DNA of 64,000 nucleotides from a virus (Duplodnaviria; Caudoviricetes): IMG/VR virus record IMGVR_UViG_2695420662_000003, positions 66,837 to 130,836 of that record; one strand, 5' to 3'. Shown piece by piece: positions 1 to 9,262 of this stretch (position 1 is its first letter; each line of letters starts with the position of its first letter). The notes under the pieces were generated by a model. It saw only the letters and a program-made list of their open reading frames with translations, ran no database searches and was not told where the DNA came from. The position numbers and the translations under genes were made by a program.

Positions 1-72
1 TATATTCTTTTTTCATTTTAAAATCTCCCCTTAACCATATGTACTTGATAACTAACTTGTTATCTTAATTAA

Positions 73-101
73 ATTATATATGAACTTATCGTATATGTCA
101 A
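73..101 (-). promoter_or_regulatory. SigA-type promoter (TTGACA-17-TATAAT) with ACGATAAGTTCAT operator-like spacer, for a gene starting at 16 that runs off the window
   Basis: Reverse complement reads ttgaca tatacgataagttcata tataat; SD GGGGAG at 25-30 and ATG at 14-16; near-duplicate of 19086-19151. Confidence 0.8.
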
Positions 102-352
102 TAAAAAAAAGAAAAAGATAGGAATTTTATTTCTCCTATCTTAATCTGGAATGTGGTATGAACATTGAACGTCAGTATCTTTAATCCATATATAGTTTTT
201 AGTTTCTCACGGACTATAAATAAATCGTTTCCATATTCATTAACTATTATATCACATATTCTTTTAAATTCTTCATAACTTACAGGATTATCACTAATAG
301 TCAACTCATACCCCATACCTTTTTGACTTATTAAATATATATTTACTGCCAT
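98..352 (-). CDS. hypothetical protein
   Basis: 84 aa ORF with AAGGAGG SD upstream. Confidence 0.7.
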   Translation of the reverse strand: MAVNIYLISQKGMGYELTISDNPVSYEEFKRICDIIVNEYGNDLFIVREKLKTIYGLKILTFNVHTTFQIKIGEIKFLSFSFFY

Positions 353-399
353 ATTACAAACCTCCTTATATTTAATTCTAAATTAAACTTTTCAGAAAA

Positions 400-738
400 T
401 TATTTATCTATAATTTTATTTATTATTAACAATACCGATATAGCTATAATTAAGTTTGGTATTGTAATTAAATTTATGACAGGTAAACAAAAGCTATACC
501 AATTTAAGGCCATTGTAGGATTAGCGTATATAAAAATACCCAATAACCCTATAAGGCCACATAAACCTTCTTTTGATACTTCTACACTTTTACTTTCCGT
601 TTTAATTTTTGGTAATTTTATATTCAAATCTTGTGTTTTATACTTAGAATATTTATCTTCAACTATAATTGATTGATCTGTTATAATATCCTTTAAAACT
701 CTTCTATCATCCATAGCAATATTTGCAGTCTTTTTCAT
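400..738 (-). CDS. small membrane protein
   Basis: GGAGG SD; two C-terminal hydrophobic segments; shares DKY(S/A)KYK with the neighbouring ORF. Confidence 0.75.
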   Translation of the reverse strand: MKKTANIAMDDRRVLKDIITDQSIIVEDKYSKYKTQDLNIKLPKIKTESKSVEVSKEGLCGLIGLLGIFIYANPTMALNWYSFCLPVINLITIPNLIIAISVLLIINKIIDK

Positions 739-784
739 AAAAATATTACCTCCTGATTTAAATTTTCATAATATTATTTTAGTT

Positions 785-1066
785 TTAATTTAAACTTTTC
801 AAAGTCTTAAATACATCTATCAATATACATAAGAATAAGATTAATACACTATTCGATATTATACTTGAGATACCTAACATACTTATCATAGAACCTATTA
901 TCGTCATAAATATTGTACTTATCAATGTAAATTGATTTTGATTTAAACTTTTCACAAATTCATTTTCATAAACTATTTTCTCTGTATGTTTTACTAATCC
1001 TATATTTTTATATTTTGCATATTTATCAACGTAATTATTTTTATTTATTTTCACTAATGCTGTCAT
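785..1066 (-). CDS. small membrane protein (probable paralog of 400-738)
   Basis: AAGGAG SD; DKYAKYK motif; two hydrophobic segments. Confidence 0.75.
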   Translation of the reverse strand: MTALVKINKNNYVDKYAKYKNIGLVKHTEKIVYENEFVKSLNQNQFTLISTIFMTIIGSMISMLGISSIISNSVLILFLCILIDVFKTLKSLN

Positions 1067-1539
1067 AATTCATATCTCCTTTTGAATTAAATTTTTATTA
1101 ATTGTTTATACTGTAATATATGTATTTTATATATGAACTGTTCATATATTTTAAGAAAATTTTAATTATTATACTAAACATTTGAAATAATTTTAATTTT
1201 TTGATAAAGAAATAATAATCCAAAATGAATTAATATTAAAATTAAAAATAAATTTCTTAGGCCGACAGGATTTAAAATAATTTAAAAAATTTAGTATAAT
1301 AATTAAAATTTTCTTTGATATATCTAAATTGTTTTTAAACTTTCCATGATATCGCAAGTATTTTAGTTTTGAAATAAACTTTTGATATACTTTTAACCTT
1401 ATAGGATGGATTCTAAGAGGTTTTATAACCATATGTTATACTTTTATACCTAATAATATTTAAGAACGATTTAAACTTTTCACAAGCTTTGATTTAGATT
1501 TAATTTTTTCAATAAATTTTCAATAAAAAAGAAGTGCAT

Positions 1540-1702
1540 TTAGCACTCCTGATTTATCATTCTTACTACGTCATCTAAATATTTATTTTGTCTTTTTATA
1601 TAATCATCTTCTGGGCTACCTCCAACAGATCCAGTCCGAGATTCGTTGTCTTATATCTGCTATGACATTAGTTAATATTTGCTCTTGATTTAAAATTTTC
1701 AT
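1540..1702 (-). pseudogene. frameshifted small phage protein
   Basis: GGAGG SD then MKILNQEQILTNVIADIRQRISDWI; continues in another frame as VGGSPEDDYIKRQNKYLDDVVRMINQEC*; terminator GGAGTGC-TAAAT-GCACTTC-T6 overlaps the end. Confidence 0.5.
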
Positions 1703-1825
1703 AAAAATACCCTCCGTTATATTAATCTTTTAAATAAATTTTCGATTATTTTGTTATAGATATTTAATTTTATTTTAAACTTTTCTCTACTTTCATATGT
1801 ACAATAGCGATAAAATAAATTATCA

Positions 1826-2761
1826 CTATAAAATATTATCATAAACATCATTTTCTTTTGTTGCGGCATGCCCTTTTACTATATAAATTTGTTGAGTTAT
1901 ACTTGAGTTTGCATGACCTACAATATCACAAACCTCGTCAATACTTTTCTTTCCGCTCAGTATTGCATTAGTACAAAAACTATGTCTAAGTTTATGAGCG
2001 TGAACATGCCCAATATTTAATTCCTTTTCCGCTTGTTTTAATCTATCCTGGATACCTCTTCTACCAACTTTTTTGTGTGTTAACGCTGAAATCCATAAAT
2101 ACAACTCATCACCTATATTTTTAATATCAATTTTAGATCTAATATCTTTTATATACTCTTGAAGTAATGCAGCAACTCCAGGAGGCATTTTTACATGCCT
2201 TGAAACTTCTCCATTATACCCTTTCCCTCTAACTGCTAATATATTAAAATCTGCACCTTTTACGTCATTAAGTCTTATTTCTGTTAATTCCTCAAGTCTT
2301 AAACCTAAAGTAATCATCATTAAAACCATAATATATTCCCTTTTTGCGTTTAAATAATCAACTTTACGGTGTGTATTAGGGTTTTCTATTTTATTTTTGA
2401 AATAATTCATAAGTTTTTTTATGTCTTCTTCTGGAAAATAGTCAACTTGTTTTTTATCAACTCTTACATTTTTGTATGCTAATAAAGGGCTAGTTTTTAT
2501 ATAACCTTCAGTTATTAAAAACCTTGAAAAGCACTTAACAGCACTCATCTTAGCATTTATTGTATTAGGTTTATATTTATCCCTTAATTCGTCTGTATAG
2601 TCTTTTATGAATTGCGGATCTTCTAATAAATTAAAGTTTTCAGGATCTATATTATAATCTTTAAAAAACATCTCTAAAGATTGCATATAGTCAATTATTG
2701 TTTTTTCGCTTAAATTTTGCTTTTGCATGTATTTTATTAAGTCGTTTAATAGTTTAAACAT
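1826..2761 (-). CDS. tyrosine recombinase/integrase (XerC/D-like)
   Basis: GLRLEEL (R), HAHKLRH (HxxR), VGH and C-terminal Y; N-terminal SAM-like region. Confidence 0.92.
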   Translation of the reverse strand: MFKLLNDLIKYMQKQNLSEKTIIDYMQSLEMFFKDYNIDPENFNLLEDPQFIKDYTDELRDKYKPNTINAKMSAVKCFSRFLITEGYIKTSPLLAYKNVRVDKKQVDYFPEEDIKKLMNYFKNKIENPNTHRKVDYLNAKREYIMVLMMITLGLRLEELTEIRLNDVKGADFNILAVRGKGYNGEVSRHVKMPPGVAALLQEYIKDIRSKIDIKNIGDELYLWISALTHKKVGRRGIQDRLKQAEKELNIGHVHAHKLRHSFCTNAILSGKKSIDEVCDIVGHANSSITQQIYIVKGHAATKENDVYDNIL

Positions 2762-2863
2762 AGTTATAGCCCTCCAAATATAGTTTTTTTTAGAAGGGAA
2801 TAAAAATTATAACTCCCTTCATACATTAATTATCTATTCAATTATTTTATCATATGTACAATT

Positions 2864-4561
2864 TTATTCTAATAAATGTTTTATATTGTCATAGTATTTC
2901 GTTATTCTACTTTGTGTTATCTTTTTATTTCTATCATATTTTTCATGATAAAAACATTCGTCAAAGTATCTAAGAACGTATATATTACCTTTTTTAAACA
3001 GTATATAATCTTCGGTTTCTTTTAAAACCTCTTTACAATCAATTTTAATAGCGTTATTGTATGTTTTTTCATTGGCCAATAATTGTAAATTCATATCTAA
3101 ACTATCATTTTGAAGTGATGAAATAGTTATTTTATCTGTATATAATACATAGTATTGTAAATTGTTATTAGAGTCCTTAAAAGCTATTTTAACGGCCTCT
3201 GGTGTACTATCTGATACAATATAATAACACTTTTTAAAGTCTATTTTATTATATTGAACCTTTTCGCCTTGCAATTGTAATAATTTACTTATAATATAAC
3301 CGTTAGCTGGTACACAGTTTAATAATGGTGTTTCTTTTTTACGTTTGTTTACATATCTTTTAAGTGAATTAAGTTGTTTTATAACTTCATCTTGTGTATT
3401 TAATTTATTATTCCATTTTTCTATTTGAGGATCTTGTTTTACTCCTGCTGTTATTATTGTTTCTTCACCTGGATTATTATAACAACTAACGAAATTATTC
3501 ATATCTTCAAACACTTCTACATACCCAAACTTTTTAAGATGTTTAATATATGCCTTTTGATCTCTATGTCCGTAATCTTTTATTAAGTCTTTTGGATCGT
3601 TTATTTTCCAAACTTCATCGCCTATTATTTCTTTTGTTGTAACTGTAGTACCTTCTATAACTTTAAAGTCTTTATTTCCTGGAGTTGTGTCTTTAAAATA
3701 TTTTATAGTGTTTTTTGGTTCTTCTGTATTGTTTATAGTTACATTTTCAATTAAACCCATTTCGTCGCCTTCTTCTATCCAGTCAAGAAGGAATAAAAAT
3801 AAATTTTCTTTTGGTGCTCTTTTATCATATTTTATATTGTTTTCATCGAATAATATAAATAATTCTTCTTTACTATAATCTTTACAAAGTTTACCGTTTA
3901 TAGGTCTTTCTATTATAGAATAATAATCTTCAGTATTAAATATTTCTCTTAATTTATCATTATAATTCATGCTTTCATCTTCCATACTCTTATTATTTAA
4001 TTCTTCCGTTGTTGCTACTTCTGTATCTTCTTTGGGAAGTAAACTATTTGCAAAATTTAAAGTATCTTCTGATTGTTTAGCATACCAACATTTATTATAT
4101 TTTGACCATCTAAACCCGTTTGCTTTTAAATTGTTTCTAACTTCTTCACTCGGTTTATTAGAAAAATATATTTCTACCCCGTTTTTATCTTCATTTAATT
4201 CAACTTTAACATCTTCTAATATTTCAATCTCTTTTGATTCTTTTTGATCTTCATTTAATTCAATATATAAATTGAAAGAACTATTTGAATGTATATGACA
4301 ATAAAATTTTAATTTGTTATCTACTATACGAACGGAACAAAATCCTACGCTTGATTTTCTAACGTCTTCGCATGATTCTGTAAAATCTCCTTTTAATCCT
4401 TTACTCTCAGACACTCCAAACATATCATCATAAGAATAAGAATCCATATAATCGAATAATTGTTCTTGTGCCATTTTTACTAAAACGTCTCTTCTTAAAG
4501 TAACACTTTTACCATTGTTCTTTTCTACTCTTTTAACTAAATTCTCTATTCTCTTATTCAT
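2864..4561 (-). CDS. multidomain early phage protein (polyvalent-protein-associated-like domain)
   Basis: 565 aa, AAGGAG SD; contains GVEIYFSNKPSEEVRNNLKANGFRWSKYNKCWY, a motif typical of phage/plasmid polyvalent proteins; own SigA promoter at 4664-4692. Confidence 0.7.
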   Translation of the reverse strand: MNKRIENLVKRVEKNNGKSVTLRRDVLVKMAQEQLFDYMDSYSYDDMFGVSESKGLKGDFTESCEDVRKSSVGFCSVRIVDNKLKFYCHIHSNSSFNLYIELNEDQKESKEIEILEDVKVELNEDKNGVEIYFSNKPSEEVRNNLKANGFRWSKYNKCWYAKQSEDTLNFANSLLPKEDTEVATTEELNNKSMEDESMNYNDKLREIFNTEDYYSIIERPINGKLCKDYSKEELFILFDENNIKYDKRAPKENLFLFLLDWIEEGDEMGLIENVTINNTEEPKNTIKYFKDTTPGNKDFKVIEGTTVTTKEIIGDEVWKINDPKDLIKDYGHRDQKAYIKHLKKFGYVEVFEDMNNFVSCYNNPGEETIITAGVKQDPQIEKWNNKLNTQDEVIKQLNSLKRYVNKRKKETPLLNCVPANGYIISKLLQLQGEKVQYNKIDFKKCYYIVSDSTPEAVKIAFKDSNNNLQYYVLYTDKITISSLQNDSLDMNLQLLANEKTYNNAIKIDCKEVLKETEDYILFKKGNIYVLRYFDECFYHEKYDRNKKITQSRITKYYDNIKHLLE

Positions 4562-4721
4562 AACTTAAAATCTCCTTTTTATTTATAATATTTTTATTTC
4601 TAGTTTTGATCTAAGGACTAGTTTTAACCTTTTTCATATGTACTGTTTAATCTTTATATTTTAATTATATGCGTTATAGTCTAAAATGTCAACGCTTTTT
4701 ATGAATTTATCATATATTTTT

Positions 4722-5465
4722 TTAGAAACTATATTCATTATATACATTTAATACCTTATCAAGTGCTTGTTTTAGATCTCCATTATCTAAATCGTCTCTA
4801 TAATAGTGTTTAATACCTTCTGCGATATATTCGTTTATATCTTCATAATAGTAATCGCTGCCAAAATAGAATTCCTTATCATTAAAAGACTTTTGTATTT
4901 GATCTTCTTCATGTAAAGCCCAAACCTTAACAAGTGCGTGGCCTATTTCATGTAATAATGCATGTTCTACTTGATCGTATTCAACAACTATTTTATTTTT
5001 ATTTTCGTTATTATATGTAATAAATTCACCTGCTACGTCTATCTTTTTACCAAATACAACGCTATCTTCTATCTTATTAACTGCACTTATTTCTAAGTTA
5101 TAGTTATACTTAAGATCTGATAATACATTTTCAGGAAGTTTATTTAATTCCTTTTTCATATTCTCAAATGCCTTTATTTTATCTATGTCAGAGTTATTTA
5201 TTTTACCTATTGAATTGTCTATTTTTAAATATGTACTATTTATTAATTTGAATTCTTTTACATCGTAGAATATATTTAAATATTCGCTTGATCCATCATT
5301 AAAAGTTATTTGTATATCTCCGTCATCTGCCAACTGATAGCATTCAATTTGTTTTTCTGGTTTAATATCCTCTTTATTATCAAGACTAAAAACGTTTAAA
5401 TTTGTATTTGTTACTAATATAGTAACCATTAAAACTAATGCTAAATTTTCTATTATTTTTCTCAT
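4722..5465 (-). CDS. secreted zinc metallopeptidase (ATLF/PPEP-1-like fold)
   Basis: N-terminal signal or TM peptide; LLHEIGH (HExxH) and downstream EYIAE. Confidence 0.75.
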   Translation of the reverse strand: MRKIIENLALVLMVTILVTNTNLNVFSLDNKEDIKPEKQIECYQLADDGDIQITFNDGSSEYLNIFYDVKEFKLINSTYLKIDNSIGKINNSDIDKIKAFENMKKELNKLPENVLSDLKYNYNLEISAVNKIEDSVVFGKKIDVAGEFITYNNENKNKIVVEYDQVEHALLHEIGHALVKVWALHEEDQIQKSFNDKEFYFGSDYYYEDINEYIAEGIKHYYRDDLDNGDLKQALDKVLNVYNEYSF

Positions 5466-5574
5466 ATGTACTAATCCCCTTTGTTTTTTTATTATTTATA
5501 CTTTAATTATATGCGCTATTGTATTATTTGTCAATAAAAACATTAAAAATAATGAAAAAATTTTTTAAAATAGG

Positions 5575-5603
5575 TTGTTAAGTATGATAAATTCATATAC
5601 AAT
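5575..5603 (+). promoter_or_regulatory. mazF promoter with ATGATAAATTCAT operator in spacer
   Basis: ttgtta-agtatgataaattcata-tacaat, 17 bp spacer. Confidence 0.7.
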
Positions 5604-5653
5604 TAAAGTATAAATAATAAATATTAATTATACATATAAAGGAGAATTTAAAA

Positions 5654-6007
5654 ATGAAAAGAGAAATATTAAGAGGTCAAATATACTACGCAGATCTAGG
5701 AGCGGCATTCAACAGCGAACAAAGTGGAGTTCGCCCAGTTCTTATAATACAAAATAACGTTGGTAATAAATACAGTCCAACAACAATTATTGCTGCTATT
5801 ACATCATCTCAAAGTAAAGCAAAATTACCTACTCATATTGAATTAAAAGCAAGTGACGTTGAAGGTCTTAATAAAGATTCTATTGTTTTATGTGAGCAAA
5901 TAAGAACTATTGATAAAAAGCGTTTAAAAGAGTTCAGAGGTCAATTAGATGATTATACAATGATGGAAGTTTCGGCAGCAATCCAAACTTCTTTTGGTAT
6001 GTTCTAA
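5654..6007 (+). CDS. mazF: MazF/PemK (EndoA/NdoA-like) endoribonuclease, no adjacent antitoxin
   Basis: RGQIYYADL..SEQSGVRPVLIIQN..SPTTIIAAITS..KAKLPTH..DSIVLCEQIRTIDKKRL closely follows B. subtilis EndoA motifs; catalytic R and T present. Confidence 0.95.
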   Translation: MKREILRGQIYYADLGAAFNSEQSGVRPVLIIQNNVGNKYSPTTIIAAITSSQSKAKLPTHIELKASDVEGLNKDSIVLCEQIRTIDKKRLKEFRGQLDDYTMMEVSAAIQTSFGMF

Positions 6008-6043
6008 GGATATCTTTACGTCTTATATTATGATATCCTTAGA
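6003..6043. terminator. hairpin between convergent transcription units
   Basis: TCTAAGGATATC...GATATCCTTAGA inverted repeat at the mazF stop. Confidence 0.6.
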
Positions 6044-6088
6044 TTTACACTTGTGTTGTTCTATATTTAGTTTTAATTACATATGTAC

Positions 6089-6208
6089 CTATTTACTTAA
6101 CCCTTTTAGTTTACCGTCATGAATTATAAAACTTATATTCATATTTTCAAATATGCTTTTTGCATCCTCTAAAGTTATATTTTTTATATCTTTAATAAAC
6201 ATTAACAT
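6089..6208 (-). CDS. small hypothetical protein (about 39 aa)
   Basis: GGAGG followed by MLMFIKDIKNITLEDAKSIFENMNISFIIHDGKLKGLSK*; not in the ORF track; start could be the second Met. Confidence 0.55.
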   Translation of the reverse strand: MLMFIKDIKNITLEDAKSIFENMNISFIIHDGKLKGLSK

Positions 6209-6281
6209 GTACCTCCAGGAAAATTTTATATATTTAGTTGTGTTTAATATGTACTTAATAGTATTGCGGGATACTATTTAT

Positions 6282-6473
6282 TTACTTAAATACTTTGTCT
6301 ATTCTAACGCCTAAGATGTCACATAGTTTTTTAAGTTTTGTTGCTGCAGGATCTACTTTATAATTTACCCATCTACTATAAGTAGACTTGTTTATATCTA
6401 GTTTTTCACATATCTGAATCACTGTAAATCCTTGTTTTTCTCTAAGTGATTCTATTAATTCAAAATTAATCAT
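6282..6473 (-). CDS. XRE/Cro-C1 family HTH regulator
   Basis: LREKQGFTVIQICEKLDINKSTYSRW..P....LKKLCDILGV pattern; GGAGG SD. Confidence 0.9.
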   Translation of the reverse strand: MINFELIESLREKQGFTVIQICEKLDINKSTYSRWVNYKVDPAATKLKKLCDILGVRIDKVFK

Positions 6474-6493
6474 TTAAACCCTCCTAAGAATAA

Positions 6494-6576
6494 TTGCATA
6501 TTTGCAACCTTGATATTAGTTATTTAACATTAACTATTTATACTATAAGTATAGCATCTTAATTGCATATTTGCAA
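6494..6576. promoter_or_regulatory. two TTGCATATTTGCAA palindromic operators at the XRE gene promoter
   Basis: Identical copies at 6494-6507 and 6563-6576; the second overlaps a TTGCAA-17-TATACT promoter on the minus strand. Confidence 0.7.
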
Positions 6577-6696
6577 CTAATTTTAGTAAATTTTATAATA
6601 AATATTTTTATATGTACTGGTAATAGCGCTTAAAGGCCGCTATCAAACCTGATAAAATCTACAATTTATTGGGTTTATATAACCCATTTATAGTCA

Positions 6697-7899
6697 TTAG
6701 TAGTTAATCACTATTGGATGTAAATCTACACCCTTTATTCCATTTGCAAAAGCATTTGGAAATACTTTCTTTATTATTTGATAAGATCCATTTGCATCAG
6801 CATTAATACTAATCCCTTTATTTGATATAAACAACCCTCTATATTTACGTCTTGATTTATTATAGTTTTCCTTTATAGGTAATTCGTTATCTATAAAACT
6901 TGTTCCTGAAGTGTAGCTTTCTTCTGTTGTTATCAACTTAATACCATTTTCTTTGCATTTATATTCTAACTTCTTTATAAAGTTATCATATGGTATTTGA
7001 ATAAAATTTTGAGTATTACTACCTATTCTACACTCTTGTTTCCATTCTTTGTTAATTCCTATAACTATCGTATTAATATTCATCCTTATACAATAATCAA
7101 TTACTATTCTGCTAGCGCAGTGCATAAAATATTCTAACTTGTTATATCTCTTCATATTAATTCTATCTAATCTTTTAGTCCAATCTAAATTATTATTAGT
7201 CTTTGCCAATCCTCTGTATTTAGATAACTGCTTATTATAGTATTGATTTATAGACTTTAACCCTTTGCCATTAATAACAATAGGCTTATATCCTATGTTA
7301 TTTGTCATAGTTACAAAGTTATTTATTCCTAAATCAATTCCCATAATCCTATTATTAAATTCTCTTTCTTTGACATCTTTAGTTTGATAAACTATTTCAA
7401 GTATATAGCAGCCACCTTTAGGTATGATTCTAGTTTGCATATGTTTACCTTTTATTTTTGTTCTAATCAAATAATTATATGGCTTAAAAGGTTTGAATGC
7501 AAAATATAGATATCCTTCTTTAATTTGTGACTGCATATTAGTTAATATACACATATATCGCCCGTTTTTCTCTTTGTATCCTGGCAATTTTGGCTTACCT
7601 AAGTATTTGCTTGGCGTTTTATAATAGTCTTTAATTGATATTAAAAATGATTTCCAGGCCTTATCCAGCATCTTTAATGTATGTTGTCCTGAGTTAGATC
7701 CTATTTCTTTGAATACCTCTGTGGTTTTTAGTCGCCTTGTTAGCTCGCTATACTTCTCTACTTTCTTTGTATAAATAAAAACTTGTCTTAATTCATAATT
7801 TGCATAATTGTATAAATTCTTAGATTTAAAACAATATTCATCGCATATATTCCACATTTTATGATTTCTATTTATTATATGTCTTTCTACTCTATCTAT
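6697..7899 (-). mobile_element. tnpB: IS200/IS605-family solo TnpB (RNA-guided nuclease), no tnpA
   Basis: RuvC-type motifs GIDLGINN, EESYTS, INADANG; N-terminal SKNLYNYANY; SD AAGGAGG precedes ATA at 7899 (ORF track start 7947); element ends not defined. Confidence 0.88.
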
Positions 7900-7961
7900 G
7901 GATATTCCCTCCTTTGCATTAATATTTGAGAATTCAAAGTTAACCAAATGAAATTATACTT

Positions 7962-8126
7962 TTATTGTACTTTGTTATAAAGATCCATTAATTTATCAAT
8001 TATATTTACAAGTTTATCTTTATGAATAGAGCCCTTTTTCTCTTCTATTTCCCTTTGAGTCTCTAATGAGTATACTATCATTCCTATTTCTGATTTACTT
8101 AATTTAACATCTATTGTATTTTTCAT
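7962..8126 (-). CDS. hypothetical protein (54 aa)
   Basis: MKNTIDVKLSKSEIGMIVYSLETQRE...KVQ*; GAGG SD; not in the ORF track. Confidence 0.55.
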   Translation of the reverse strand: MKNTIDVKLSKSEIGMIVYSLETQREIEEKKGSIHKDKLVNIIDKLMDLYNKVQ

Positions 8127-8267
8127 ATCCTCTACACCATCCTTTTATAATATTTTTATATCCTAATAAAAGTTGAATTTTATTACCTTTAATACTGTTA
8201 TAATAGGCGTTTTCGGTACGCCTCAACCGTTTATATTCATTTCTATTTATCATATGTACAATTTATT

Positions 8268-8483
8268 TTATCTTCTTTTACTTATTAAGCAATCTTTATG
8301 GCCAACTAGATCATTGCATTCATACCTAGTATAACTATATTCGTTATTTATAGGATTCAAGTACTTCTTTTCCTCTATTTGATGATGTATTTCAGAAACT
8401 TCTTTTCCGCAAACCTCACATACTCCATATTTTCTAGAACTTTCATTCCAATTTGTTATTGTATATCTATATTCATTTCTCAT
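8268..8483 (-). CDS. small Zn-binding hypothetical protein
   Basis: CEVCGK and GHKDC motifs; GGAGG SD before MRNEY. Confidence 0.75.
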   Translation of the reverse strand: MRNEYRYTITNWNESSRKYGVCEVCGKEVSEIHHQIEEKKYLNPINNEYSYTRYECNDLVGHKDCLISKRR

Positions 8484-8538
8484 ATTTACACCCTCCAATT
8501 TTTATTATTTAATTATTTCATCATATGTACATTTAAAA

Positions 8539-8868
8539 CTATCTTAATCCAAATATCTTTTCGTTGTTCGCTGCTATTTCTGTTAATGCTAAGTTTATTC
8601 TGTTTATTACCTTGTTTCTATCCTTTAGTTGTGAAAAGTCAAGTTTATCATTTTCAGTTATTATATTATAACCATTGCTATAATCTGTATATAATTTTAA
8701 TTGCTTAGGTTGATTATTTAATAACCATCTCTTAAATTGACATCTTATATATGCAAGATCCGTTCTATCATTTAAGTTTATTTGCTTGTCGTTACCTTTG
8801 TTGAATTCTCTGTAATCTTTTCTAGTATCTATTTTTAAGAAATCCTTTAATATATTTTCTGCTTTCAT
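8539..8868 (-). CDS. hypothetical protein
   Basis: 109 aa, AGGAGG SD, promoters upstream. Confidence 0.8.
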   Translation of the reverse strand: MKAENILKDFLKIDTRKDYREFNKGNDKQINLNDRTDLAYIRCQFKRWLLNNQPKQLKLYTDYSNGYNIITENDKLDFSQLKDRNKVINRINLALTEIAANNEKIFGLR

Positions 8869-8921
8869 GTCTACATCCTCCTAAATTTTATTTGATATCT
8901 GCGGGTTGTTATCTTAATTTA

Positions 8922-9053
8922 ATTATATGATAAGTTCATACTACTGTCAATAACTTTTATAAATTATTTTTAATTATATTCGTTATTGTGCGTTGTGTTC
9001 TTATCTTTTAATCTTTATATTTTAAGTATATGATAAGTTCATATAAAATGCAA
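8922..9053 (-). promoter_or_regulatory. two tandem leftward SigA promoters, each with an ATGATAAGTTCAT operator
   Basis: TTGACA-17-TATAAT at 8922-8950 and TTGCAT-17-TATACT at 9025-9053. Confidence 0.7.
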
Positions 9054-9262
9054 CCATTATTTTAAAATTTATTAAATTATTTTTATTTTATATATTAGGA
9101 TTTATTAACTAAAAAGTATATGTATAATAGTATTTCCAATAGATTTAATAAAAATGATATAAAATTACTTACATTATATTGTAATATATGATTTTATATG
9201 ATATAATTAAGTTAATGAATAGTTAATACTATTCAAGTACATATTGAAGGAGATAATTAAAT

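Noticed and set aside
1133..1145. GAAC-T-GTTC as a LexA/SOS box
   Set aside because: The Firmicute SOS box needs GAAC-N4-GTTC; this fits the phage-specific ATGA-N5-TCAT motif instead
1193..1432. 79 aa ORF
   Set aside because: No convincing SD, low-complexity K/I/F/N composition, lies downstream of a terminator; probably non-coding
5466..5653. Hidden mazE antitoxin upstream of mazF
   Set aside because: The 188 bp gap is filled by two divergent promoters and has no SD-led ORF
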